Shown: positions 55,930 to 64,000 of the stretch, piece after piece
Position numbering within the stretch: position 1 is the stretch's first letter
How the letters are laid out: each line of letters begins with the position of its first letter
Origin: Candidatus Omnitrophota bacterium
Lineage (GTDB): Bacteria > Omnitrophota > Gorgyraeia > Gorgyraeales > Gorgyraeaceae
Direction: 5' to 3'
Length of the DNA: 64,000 bases
Assembly (NCBI GenBank): GCA_043814965.1
Contig: JBDRJN010000003.1
Span: 136,677 to 200,676, forward strand
Notes under the pieces: model-generated
What the model was told of the DNA's origin: nothing
Databases searched by the model: none
The model's input: only the letters and a program-made list of their open reading frames with translations
Program-made: the position numbers and the translations under genes

Positions 55930-56025
55930 AGTCACTGATTATTTCTTTATGCCCCTCGCGACATACTTTCAAACAATAGTCTCTCGGGACGAATTTGCCT
56001 GTAATCACATTTCCAGCAAATTCGG
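55930..56025. repeat. tRNA-trailer repeat, copy 2 (96 bp, directly 3' of tRNA-Val on the minus strand)
   Basis: Contains the hairpin CGAATTTGC-N17-GCAAATTCG. Identical to copy 3 over the full 96 bp. Confidence 0.8.
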
Positions 56026-56099
56026 TGGGCAATACTGGACTCGAACCAGTGACCTCTGCCATGTGAGGGCAGCACTCTAACCAGCTGAGCTAATTGCCC
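56026..56099 (-). tRNA. tRNA-Val (anticodon CAC)
   Basis: Reverse complement GGGCAATTAGCTCAGCTGGTTAGAGTGCTGCCCTCACATGGCAGAGGTCACTGGTTCGAGTCCAGTATTGCCCA folds as a cloverleaf: 7-bp acceptor stem, anticodon loop CUCACAU, T-loop TTCGAGT. Confidence 0.85.
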
Positions 56100-56132
56100 C
56101 AGAATACTTCCCCCGATCAATGTAAAGAACCT

Positions 56133-56390
56133 TTAATTTTTTCCAAATTTTATAAGACCGTCCTTTTCTTTTTTACTTAGGCTTTTTATCTCGCACTCTC
56201 TCTTAAGCGCCTGGCTTTTGGAGCTAAGATCTTCTGCATATATCAATCTTAGAGGCCTTCTAGATCTTGTATATTTTGAAGCTTTTCCCTCATTATGCCG
56301 CAACAGCCTTTTATTAACATCTGTCGATATACCTGTATATAAGGACTTGCGAGCTCGTCGCAGACGAGCGAGTCCCGAGGCATCCCAGCC
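56133..56390 (-). pseudogene. GIY-YIG nuclease family (UPF0213-like) gene fragment lacking its N-terminus and start codon
   Basis: Minus-strand frame encodes ...SLYTGISTDVNKRLLRHNEGKASKYTRSRRPLRLIYAEDLSSKSQALKRECEIKSLSKKEKDGLIKF. Two in-frame stops fall where the YVYIL... N-terminus should be. No ATG, GTG or TTG start. Confidence 0.5.
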
Positions 56391-56430
56391 CTAGCACTAT
56401 TTGCCGAGGGAAACCTTTACAGTAACCCAT

Positions 56431-56526
56431 AGTCACTGATTATTTCTTTATGCCCCTCGCGACATACTTTCAAACAATAGTCTCTCGGGACGAATTTGCC
56501 TGTAATCACATTTCCAGCAAATTCGG
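56431..56526. repeat. tRNA-trailer repeat, copy 3 (96 bp, directly 3' of tRNA-Met on the minus strand)
   Basis: Identical to copy 2. Confidence 0.8.
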
Positions 56527-56600
56527 TGGGCCTGCAAGGACTTGAACCTTGGACCCTCTGATTATGAGTCAGATGCTCTAACCAACTGAGCTATGGGCCC
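56527..56600 (-). tRNA. tRNA with anticodon CAT (elongator tRNA-Met, or tRNA-Ile2 if lysidinylated)
   Basis: Reverse complement GGGCCCATAGCTCAGTTGGTTAGAGCATCTGACTCATAATCAGAGGGTCCAAGGTTCAAGTCCTTGCAGGCCCA. G1 and C72 are paired and the anticodon stem lacks three G-C pairs, so it is not an initiator. Confidence 0.8.
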
Positions 56601-56687
56601 TCTCTACAGAAAAATAATTATACCATCTTGCCCATACCATGACAAGAAGAAACTTTCTAAAAAAACGGTCACTGTCCCTATTTTAAT

Positions 56688-57278
56688 TTATGATATGATC
56701 GCTATAGTTATCATATCCAGGCTCTTGTCGTATATTACTTTTATTGACCTTCCTCCAAAATGCAAACTATCTTCCTTCTTCATGCCAGCTCCCAATCCAT
56801 CGAATTCATCTATTAGTTCTTGTGTTTTTTCGAACCAGTCGCCATAAGCTGGCGCGCAATTTCTTAAAAATCTTGTCATTATTGCTGTGTTCAGGTCTTT
56901 ATCTGATTCGTTTATATTGGAGGGGTATAAAAACGTAATGGAAACTTCTTGCATGTCATCCTTGCGCCCGACAGCCTCAAACACTACAAGACTATTCCCT
57001 GATCTACCAGAAAATCTAGGGATACCTGCCACATTTCCGCTAGCCTTGACATCTATAAATTCATCTATTAAATGAATTGCATCATCCAAGCTTATACCAA
57101 GCCCCTTTTTCGGTTTTGGGGCCTCCTTCTCAGGTTCCTTGGCCTTAACAGGCTCTTCTTCTTTCTTGACTATTATGCTTTGTGTCTTTTTATCCTCTAT
57201 AACAAGTTCTGATGTCTGGACACATCCTGATATAAAAGACGCAGCAACTAAAAAAATTATTATCGATCTCACTTTCAT
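56688..57278 (-). CDS. Lipoprotein of unknown function
   Basis: Signal peptide with lipobox ISGC (MKVRSIIIFLVAASFISGC). 196 aa. Confidence 0.5.
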   Translation of the reverse strand: MKVRSIIIFLVAASFISGCVQTSELVIEDKKTQSIIVKKEEEPVKAKEPEKEAPKPKKGLGISLDDAIHLIDEFIDVKASGNVAGIPRFSGRSGNSLVVFEAVGRKDDMQEVSITFLYPSNINESDKDLNTAIMTRFLRNCAPAYGDWFEKTQELIDEFDGLGAGMKKEDSLHFGGRSIKVIYDKSLDMITIAIIS

Positions 57279-57296
57279 GATAATCTCCTCCTATAT

Positions 57297-57327
57297 AAAA
57301 AAAGGGGCTAGATATAAATCCAGCCCC
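57297..57327 (-). terminator. Rho-independent terminator downstream of rpoD
   Basis: GGGGCUGGAUUUAUAUCUAGCCCC hairpin (57304-57327) followed on the minus strand by UUUUUUUAUAUAGG. Confidence 0.65.
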
Positions 57328-57352
57328 TTTGCCCTCGCCTTTGTCTTTATCT

Positions 57353-58933
57353 TTATATAACATCCTGACTAAATGCCATCTCAAGAAAACTTTTTAAACG
57401 CCTGCTTCTGATAGGGTGTCTTAATTTCCTTAATGCCTTTGCTTCTATCTGCCTTACTCTTTCTCTAGTCACATTAAAGATACTCCCCACTTCTTCGAGT
57501 GTCCTTGGATAACCATCACCTATTCCGAACCTTAACCTTAATACCCTCTTTTCTCTTTCTGTAAGAGTATCAAGCGTCTTATCCATCTCTTCCTTAAGCA
57601 TAGTATAAGCAGTTGCATTAGCCGGTGAAACTGCTTTCTTATCTTCTATAAAATCACCGAAGCTAGTATCACCTTCATCTCCTATAGGTGTCTGTAGAGA
57701 TATAGGCTCCTGAGCGATCTTTAAGATACTTCTTACTTTTTCAACGCTCATTCTTATCTCAGATGCTATCTCTTCAGCAGCAGGTTCTCTCCCGTTTTCC
57801 TGGACAAGTATCCTGGAGACCCTTATCAACTTGTTTATAGTCTCTGTCATGTGTACAGGTATCCTGATGGTCCTAGCCTGGTCAGCTATAGAACGTGTCA
57901 CAGCCTGCCTTATCCACCATGTAGCATACGTAGAGAACTTATAACCACGTCTATATTCAAACTTCTCTACTGCCTTCATCAGGCCGATATTGCCTTCCTG
58001 TATAAGATCCAGGAATGAAAGCCCTCTATTAGTGTATTTCTTAGCAATACTTACTACGAGCCTTAAGTTCGCCTCGACCATAGCCTTTTTCACTCTGTTG
58101 AATTTCAGGGCTTGTCTTCTGATCAGAGAAAAATCCCTCTTTGCATCTTCATGTTTCTTGCCGAACTTTGATTCTATCTCTTTCTTCCTCTTTTCAAAGC
58201 TGTTTATACCTCCCCTGATCCTACGTTTTCTCATCCTGAGTATTTCTCTGTCAATAGAATCCATCTCAGCGATCGCAGATCCTATGTCCTTGGAGAAATT
58301 CTCTATCGCAGATGTGCAGAGGTTGAAGTTTAGACAGATATTCAGTATAGACCTGCCTTTTTTGGAAGCCCTTATCTTTCTTACTAGCTTCTCTATCCTC
58401 TTGAACGTATCTTCCTCTTTCTTTATGTCAGTAGGCTCTTCCTTCATAACCTCTTCCATATTGATACGTCTATCTAATATGTCATTTGTAAGGGCTAATA
58501 TAGAATCCTTTATGTGAGGAGAAGAAAGCACAATGTTCTTATAGTCTTCCTCTGCTTTCTCTATCTCCTTCGCGAGCCTTATCTCCTCTTCCCTTGTAAG
58601 TAGAGGGATCTGGCCCATCTGCCTGAGATACATCTTGACAGGGTCTTCTATGCTCACAATTTCACTACGCTTCTCAGAACTTGGTTTGACTTTTTCAACC
58701 CCTGAGGTCTTTTTCTTCTCTTTATATTCTTCTTCTGAGTCAACTATGGATATCTTTTCATTGTCGAGAATAGTAAACACCTTCTCTATATCAGGTTCTG
58801 ATATCACGTTCTCTGGAAGATGATTATTTATCTCTTCGTAAGTCAAGAAGCCTTTTTTATTGCCCAGCGCTATGAGTTTGTCAAAATACTTTTCCGAAGA
58901 AGTATTTCTTTCCTTCTTTGCTATCTTTTTCAT
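57353..58933 (-). CDS. rpoD: RNA polymerase sigma factor RpoD (sigma-70)
   Basis: Region 2 [36 protein letters not shown]. Region 4 [28 protein letters not shown]. Confidence 0.92.
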   Translation of the reverse strand: MKKIAKKERNTSSEKYFDKLIALGNKKGFLTYEEINNHLPENVISEPDIEKVFTILDNEKISIVDSEEEYKEKKKTSGVEKVKPSSEKRSEIVSIEDPVKMYLRQMGQIPLLTREEEIRLAKEIEKAEEDYKNIVLSSPHIKDSILALTNDILDRRINMEEVMKEEPTDIKKEEDTFKRIEKLVRKIRASKKGRSILNICLNFNLCTSAIENFSKDIGSAIAEMDSIDREILRMRKRRIRGGINSFEKRKKEIESKFGKKHEDAKRDFSLIRRQALKFNRVKKAMVEANLRLVVSIAKKYTNRGLSFLDLIQEGNIGLMKAVEKFEYRRGYKFSTYATWWIRQAVTRSIADQARTIRIPVHMTETINKLIRVSRILVQENGREPAAEEIASEIRMSVEKVRSILKIAQEPISLQTPIGDEGDTSFGDFIEDKKAVSPANATAYTMLKEEMDKTLDTLTEREKRVLRLRFGIGDGYPRTLEEVGSIFNVTRERVRQIEAKALRKLRHPIRSRRLKSFLEMAFSQDVI

Positions 58934-58936
58934 TCT

Positions 58937-60703
58937 TTACGCTCCTTTTTTTATAAGCCTATTGAACTCTTCTAAAAGACTTTTAGTTTCACCTTCATGA
59001 CCATTCTTTTGTGCTATTACTAATCTATTTTGAATATCCTTAAGCCTCAGATCCCTTCTATCTTTCTTTATGCTGTTTATACAATCAGAAACATTCTTGC
59101 CCTTGTCCCTTATGTTCATATCCTCGTTTACAAGAAAAGAGATCAGATGCGGCTCTACCTTGTTCTCAAGATAATTAATAAGTTTTCCTGCATCCATTGA
59201 AGAAATATCCTTGTCCAGACTAAAAAGCGTCTCCACAAGATGTCTTATGCTTGAATTCTTAAAATCAAAAGGTTTTAAATTGTCCCTTACTACATCTATT
59301 ACTTTTATATCCTCTAGCATGAGCCTTAACAATATCTTCTCTGCGGGTGTCACAGTTATGTCTTTCTTTGGTTCTTCTTTTCCTCTAGGCCTGATAGGTT
59401 CGCTTATTCTGGGCTTCTTAAGCTTTTTAAGTTCCTCCCATACCATCTCTTCCTTAGTTGAAAGTTCCTGTGCAAGCCTCTTTATATACTCTGCCTTTAA
59501 TACAGAATTCCGGACCTTGCATATAGTAAAAAGCATCTCCTTCGAGATCTCTGTCTTACCTTCTGGTTCTTCGATATTATATTTTTCCTTTAGAATGTTC
59601 AATTTATAGGTAAAAAGGCTCTCTGACTTCTTTATCGCCTGGATAAGCCCTCTAGGCCCGAACTTACGGATAAAACTGTCAGGATCATGGCCTTTATCTA
59701 AACTAGCTACTTTAACGCTCATGCCTTCTTCCAAAAATAGGTCCAATCCTCTCAGTGTAGCCATCTCTCCAGCCTGGTCAGCATCATATACCATGACTAC
59801 ATGACGGGTATATTTTCTAAGAAGCCTTATCTGCTCCACTGTAAGGGCTGTCCCCGATGAAGAGATCGCATTGCATATCCCATACTGATGACTTGTTATG
59901 ACATCCAGGTATCCCTCGCATATGATAGCAAAGCCTTTTTCTCTTATAAAAGAACGCGCTAGATCCAGTCCATACAAGCTCTGTGCTTTTTTATACACTG
60001 CTGTCTCTGGAGAATTGATATATTTAGGGAGACTGTCATCTAAAACCCTGGCCCCAAAACCTATGACCTTGCCCCTGGCATCATGTATAGGAAAAGTAAG
60101 CCTTTTCCTGAAAAGGTCATAAAAAGAATTCTCCTTGCCTTTTAATATCAATCCTGCTTTCAGCGCTATATCCTTAGCTATGCCTCTCTTTAATAGATAT
60201 TCACAGAGTGAACTCCAAGACTGCTCTGCATACCCTATCTTGAACTTTTTAATAGTCGCTTCTTCTAGTCCTCTTCTTTCGATGTAGCGTTTTATATCTG
60301 AGGATTGAGGAGCGTTCTTAAGTTTTTCACTATAAAAATTTGCTGCTAGTTCATTGACGTTATAAATGCTTGCTACCAGTGAAGTTTCTTCAAAGCTCAC
60401 ATCTTTATATTTAGGCAGCTTCACCCCTACTTTTTCTGCGAGCATCTTCACTGCATCGATAAAATCAACTTTTTCATACTCTTTTATGAAATTAAAGACA
60501 TTGCCTCCTGAGTTACAACCAAAACAATGGTATATCTGCTTGTCAGGGCTCACTATAAAAGACGGCGTCTTCTCGTGGTGGAATGGACACTGCGTCTTAA
60601 AGTTCCTGCCAGCTGATTTTAGAGGGATATAGCTTGATATTACTTCTACTATATCGCATCTATCCTGTATCTCATTTAGTATGTGTTCTGGTATTTTTCC
60701 CAT
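58937..60703 (-). CDS. dnaG: DNA primase
   Basis: Zinc-binding CPFHHEKTPSFIVSPDKQIYHCFGC and a Toprim domain (EGYLDVI...VYDADQAGEMAT). Canonical dnaG-rpoD order. Confidence 0.9.
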   Translation of the reverse strand: MGKIPEHILNEIQDRCDIVEVISSYIPLKSAGRNFKTQCPFHHEKTPSFIVSPDKQIYHCFGCNSGGNVFNFIKEYEKVDFIDAVKMLAEKVGVKLPKYKDVSFEETSLVASIYNVNELAANFYSEKLKNAPQSSDIKRYIERRGLEEATIKKFKIGYAEQSWSSLCEYLLKRGIAKDIALKAGLILKGKENSFYDLFRKRLTFPIHDARGKVIGFGARVLDDSLPKYINSPETAVYKKAQSLYGLDLARSFIREKGFAIICEGYLDVITSHQYGICNAISSSGTALTVEQIRLLRKYTRHVVMVYDADQAGEMATLRGLDLFLEEGMSVKVASLDKGHDPDSFIRKFGPRGLIQAIKKSESLFTYKLNILKEKYNIEEPEGKTEISKEMLFTICKVRNSVLKAEYIKRLAQELSTKEEMVWEELKKLKKPRISEPIRPRGKEEPKKDITVTPAEKILLRLMLEDIKVIDVVRDNLKPFDFKNSSIRHLVETLFSLDKDISSMDAGKLINYLENKVEPHLISFLVNEDMNIRDKGKNVSDCINSIKKDRRDLRLKDIQNRLVIAQKNGHEGETKSLLEEFNRLIKKGA

Positions 60704-61646
60704 ATCTCCTGAATCCTGAACAGTTAATTACGTTTAATCTCTCTTTTTTCTCTATCTCATCTATCACCAGATTGATGCCGATATTGTCACTTGCTATATG
60801 CCCTGCGACTATCACGTTCATATGTTCAGCTTGTGCTTTTTTAAAATGCTCTTCACTTAGGTGCATGCATACCATGGTAGATACGCCAGCTTGCGAGAGT
60901 TTATTGAATATATCCTTAGAGCCTTCTGTGCCGCCTGTCATATCTACGAAGATCTTGCCAGAGTTGCTGGAAGAAGATCCTCTTATGATCTTAGGAGGCG
61001 CGTTATTAGCTGCAGCATCTTTATACTCGGGTATCCCGATCAGGATGTCTATGATGTCTCCTAGAGTATCTGGCTTTTTCTTATCCATCAGGCCTTGTAA
61101 ATATGTTGCCACACAGTTATCAGCTGGAGTATGGCATGTCATAAAAGGTATATTAAGAAGCTTGGCTGCATCTACTGCCCTAGAATGATTAGCAGGAAGA
61201 ACTCTCCTTTCAACCTCTTTAATACGATCTTTCATCAATGATTCAGCTATATTTATAGGTACGCCAAGTTTATTTAATATTCCTATCTGCATGTACATCA
61301 CATTATAAAATCCTGCAAGAGCTGTCCCTTCAGGGTGATGCCCTATCAAAAGATCTATCTTCTTGCCTTTTTGATTAAGCCTGTCAGCTAAAACTACTTC
61401 CCCTACTTCAACATCTACCCCCACCATCACTGTCTTTACGTTGAGGTTTTTCTCGCCAAAAAGTATTCTAGTATCAGCATAAGGGTGGACCAATCTCTCT
61501 TTGTCATAATAAGCCTTGGCTTTTTTATCAAGTGCCTCATACTCCTTATTAGCTCTTTTCAGTTCTTTTTTTACTGACTCTATCCCTCGTGGGTCTTTCT
61601 TCATCCCAAAATCAACTATTTGTTTATAAAGGTCTCCTAATTTCAT
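60672..61646 (-). CDS. Nif3-like dinuclear-metal-centre protein (GTP cyclohydrolase 1 type 2 homolog family)
   Basis: KIDLLIGHHPEG and VIVAGHIASDNIG correspond to the NIF3 His clusters. 324 aa. Confidence 0.5.
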   Translation of the reverse strand: MKLGDLYKQIVDFGMKKDPRGIESVKKELKRANKEYEALDKKAKAYYDKERLVHPYADTRILFGEKNLNVKTVMVGVDVEVGEVVLADRLNQKGKKIDLLIGHHPEGTALAGFYNVMYMQIGILNKLGVPINIAESLMKDRIKEVERRVLPANHSRAVDAAKLLNIPFMTCHTPADNCVATYLQGLMDKKKPDTLGDIIDILIGIPEYKDAAANNAPPKIIRGSSSSNSGKIFVDMTGGTEGSKDIFNKLSQAGVSTMVCMHLSEEHFKKAQAEHMNVIVAGHIASDNIGINLVIDEIEKKERLNVINCSGFRRYGKNTRTHTK

Positions 61647-62398
61647 CTATCCTCCGTATTTTTATTTATTATTTCAACTACCGGCGTCTCTATCTTTTCT
61701 CCTGGGTAACAATTTATCCCATACCTATATATAGTAGGTAGCACATCCTGGATATATTTAGCTGAGAAAGCGTTTTCTTTTGTGCTTAAAATAAGGTACT
61801 CAAAAGGACTATTAATAAATAAGGTATAAACAAGGCTTATTACTAATAAACCTCTAGCAAAACCGAACAAAACCCCTATTACCCTGCTTGATAAAGGCAC
61901 GTTCTTGGTGCCTACGAGTAGACCAATAAGTACAGCTAATATCTTAAAGATCAATAATATGACAAAAAATTCGAATACGAACGATAAAACTTCTAGTTTT
62001 TCTACTTCCAACTTAGTGCGGTCAGCTATGTATTGGGCTAGCAAAATATAGTTATTAAAAGTGAAAATTACTGCGCAAAAAATTCCTACCAGCCTAAAAA
62101 ACTCTGGCAGTAGGCCTTTTCTAAAACTTATGTAACCTATTCTAATTAATATGGTTACAAAAAGAATATCGACCCAGTTGAAATTAATATGAGGCATATA
62201 TGATAACGCGGGTAAAAAAATTATGTAATATAAGTATAGCACATGTTTCCGATTTGTCAAGGTGGGCAAAGGCCTTATTTTATCGACGACATAAACCCTG
62301 TCCTCTATATTAATTAAATCTAAAAGGAGCTCTGTCCGCTCATATGAAAATTTCCCCATACCGGACCCGGGGTCCCGGGGTCGCCTTTTATTCAGCAT
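61643..62398 (-). CDS. cvpA: CvpA-family membrane protein (colicin V production protein homolog); true start probably the internal Met near 62194
   Basis: NWVDILFVTILIRIGYISFRKGLLPEFFRLVGIF matches the CvpA N-terminus. The first 68 aa or so of the track ORF are not CvpA-like and overlap a GC-rich structured element. Confidence 0.6.
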   Translation of the reverse strand: MLNKRRPRDPGSGMGKFSYERTELLLDLINIEDRVYVVDKIRPLPTLTNRKHVLYLYYIIFLPALSYMPHINFNWVDILFVTILIRIGYISFRKGLLPEFFRLVGIFCAVIFTFNNYILLAQYIADRTKLEVEKLEVLSFVFEFFVILLIFKILAVLIGLLVGTKNVPLSSRVIGVLFGFARGLLVISLVYTLFINSPFEYLILSTKENAFSAKYIQDVLPTIYRYGINCYPGEKIETPVVEIINKNTEDR

Positions 62399-62585
62399 TT
62401 TTCGGGGCTCGAAGAACTTGCCACCGCAAAATCTGGCGCGGTGGCTTCGAACAACTTCGAGCCTTTTCGCCTCATGGAATGTGGCATAAAAACCGAAAAT
62501 TGCTTCATAAAAGTCTAAATTTCAAATTCGCAGACAGAGTCTCCATTTTAGCTTTAACTGATATGTATGGCAGGCAAGTTGATAG

Positions 62586-63737
62586 TTATTTTGTCATTAA
62601 GTCTTGCAGGTATTCATGGAGTTTTTTGGAGTCGTAGTCCCCTGCTTTTTGCCGATTATTGGCTCCAAACTTATGCCTGAGATCAGCATGATCCACTAAG
62701 AGCCTTATAGCTTTTGCTAAACTAGCAGCATCCCCAGGAGGGACAAGTATACCATTCACATCATTCTTTATCAATTCTCTGTGAGCAGGCAGGTCTGTTG
62801 CAATTATCGGCAAGCCGCATGCCATTGCTTCCAGGATAGTGATATTAAACGATTCATCGAGCGAGGGTGTTATAAATATATCTGCTTCTTTATAATATAA
62901 AGGAAGGCTCTTCCTATCCATCCAGCCTAAAAATGATACTTTCCTCTTTATGTCCAAATCCTTTGCCTGTTGTGCTAAACTCCATCTCTCTGGTCCATCC
63001 CCGATCAATTTCAGGGAAAAATGCAGGCCTATACTCCATTTATTTAACAAGGAAAGGGCTTCTAGTAAAAAAGTAAGTCCCTTTTGCTTGTTTAACCTTC
63101 CTATAAAAACAAGTTTCGGCTCATGATCATCCGTGCCTGCCACTGCAGGAGAAAAGCTTTCCAGATCAATAACATTTGGTATGACATGGATCTCTTTTTT
63201 ATCATAGGTCTTTAGCGCCAGATCTTTAAAGCTCTGGCTATTAGCGACTACCTTATCTGCATTAGCCCAGACATATCTTATCAGCGGGCTCAACAACTTA
63301 TTTAAAAAACTAAACCTTCCCCCATAGAAACCCGGCACATCAATGCCGCGTAAAAAAACATAATAAGGTATCTTGTAAAGTTTTTTTACGAACAGAGCTA
63401 AAAAACCCGCCGGAAGAGTAAAAAAAGCAAGCACCAGGTCAGGCCTCTCGTGTTTTTCCCCGAGGCTTCTTAAAAAATACCACATACCGTGCAGCATAAA
63501 TATCGCTACTTCTAAAAGTCTTCCAGCATATAAGTATTTTCTTGTACCTATAGCCCTTTTTACTTTATAACCATCCAGGTTTTCTTCGGACTTCATATCC
63601 TTTGACCTGGAGGTGACCACTTCTACATTATAACCCTCTGACGAAAGAGCCTCGGCAAAATTCTTAGTAGCCATAGACGCGCCCCCGCCTACAGGAGGAA
63701 ATTCATGATTGATTATAGTTATCTTCTTTTTATCCAT
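62586..63737 (-). CDS. GT4 glycosyltransferase
   Basis: ITIINHEFPPVGGGASMAT N-terminus and ESFNITILEAMACGLPIIATDLPAHRELI. Confidence 0.7.
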   Translation of the reverse strand: MDKKKITIINHEFPPVGGGASMATKNFAEALSSEGYNVEVVTSRSKDMKSEENLDGYKVKRAIGTRKYLYAGRLLEVAIFMLHGMWYFLRSLGEKHERPDLVLAFFTLPAGFLALFVKKLYKIPYYVFLRGIDVPGFYGGRFSFLNKLLSPLIRYVWANADKVVANSQSFKDLALKTYDKKEIHVIPNVIDLESFSPAVAGTDDHEPKLVFIGRLNKQKGLTFLLEALSLLNKWSIGLHFSLKLIGDGPERWSLAQQAKDLDIKRKVSFLGWMDRKSLPLYYKEADIFITPSLDESFNITILEAMACGLPIIATDLPAHRELIKNDVNGILVPPGDAASLAKAIRLLVDHADLRHKFGANNRQKAGDYDSKKLHEYLQDLMTK

Positions 63738-64000
63738 CTCTTATACCATAACTCAAACATCAATATTGTCCAGAGTTTTTTTCTATTATCTTTCTTCATG
63801 TTAAAATGCTCATTCAATAAAAGCTGCACGTGGTCTGGGTTCAATATGCCTTCATTCTTTATCTTCTCGTAGGAAAGTTCTTCCCTCACTAGATCCTTAA
63901 GGTCATCTTTTATCCACTTAGCTATAGGCACTCCAAATCCTTTTTTAGGCCTTTTGGTCACAAAGCTCGGCAGATATGGTTTCATAGCTTTTTTTAAGAT
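63719..64000 (-). CDS. asnB: Asparagine synthetase (glutamine-hydrolysing) family protein, C-terminal fragment; the gene continues beyond the window
   Basis: KKGFGVPIAKWIKDDLKDL...KLWTILMFELWYKRWI is the AsnB C-terminal region. The ORF remains open at position 64000. Confidence 0.55.
   Translation of the reverse strand: MLKKAMKPYLPSFVTKRPKKGFGVPIAKWIKDDLKDLVREELSYEKIKNEGILNPDHVQLLLNEHFNMKKDNRKKLWTILMFELWYKRWIKRR

Noticed and set aside
55847-56080. 77-aa plus-strand ORF with an internally duplicated peptide sequence
   Set aside because: It is simply the translation of the 96-bp tandem tRNA-trailer repeat and it overlaps tRNA-Val.
55843-56531. CRISPR array considered because of identical direct repeats
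   Set aside because: The repeat unit is about 96 bp with only three copies. The intervening segments are a tRNA and a pseudogene rather than uniform short spacers. No cas genes are present.
62340-62470. SRP RNA (4.5S), tmRNA or 6S RNA as the identity of the structured element
   Set aside because: None of the conserved SRP domain IV motif (GGAAGGAAGCAGC-like), the tmRNA tRNA-like ends or the resume codon region is visible. It is left as an unclassified structured element.
62344-62637. 97-aa plus-strand ORF
   Set aside because: It spans the GC-rich nested-hairpin element. It is Arg/Gly-rich because of GC content, has no RBS, and lies antisense to the cvpA upstream region.

Overview
AT-rich bacterial chromosomal window with dense, mostly minus-strand coding and four recognisable blocks.

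- **Housekeeping block (1-17.4 kb):** lipA-lipB-hisD-alaS-recA, divergent cinA-thpR, pgpA-pgsA-rimO, a RodZ-like gene, ftsK, uppP, pnp and rpsO. It has a textbook sigma70 promoter for rpsO and a long hairpin with a U-tract between rpsO and pnp.
- **Accessory island (17.4-29.5 kb):** starts with a GT2 glycosyltransferase carrying in-frame palindromic element insertions and slippage-prone repeats, an MsbA-like ABC exporter and an AbiEi/AbiEii toxin-antitoxin pair. Next to these sits a candidate RiPP-type peptide-modification operon that looks undescribed. Reading 5' to 3' on the minus strand it is: precursor peptide with a PqqA-like leader, then a radical-SAM/SPASM enzyme fused to an HPr-kinase-like P-loop domain, then a second radical-SAM/SPASM, a PqqD-like recognition protein, an S26B-type signal peptidase-like gene and a third radical-SAM/SPASM. 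A divergent lasso-cluster-type nucleotidyltransferase and a GT4 gene follow. A second orphan precursor paralog lies about 7 kb away.
- **Polysaccharide locus (28.4-51 kb):** six GT4 and one GT2 glycosyltransferases, three O-antigen-ligase-like genes, a further radical-SAM/SPASM, a Wzm/Wzt ABC transporter, a carbamoyltransferase with an SxtJ-like partner, and a WecA-type initiating transferase.
- **RNA and replication block (51-64 kb):** RNase P RNA directly abutting rnhA, tRNA-Val and tRNA-Met each followed by a 96-bp repeat (three copies in all), a truncated GIY-YIG gene, rpoD-dnaG, Nif3, cvpA, a GT4 and a partial asnB.

A GTAGGGGAGG...CCTCCCCTAC palindromic element family recurs five times in the first 18.5 kb.
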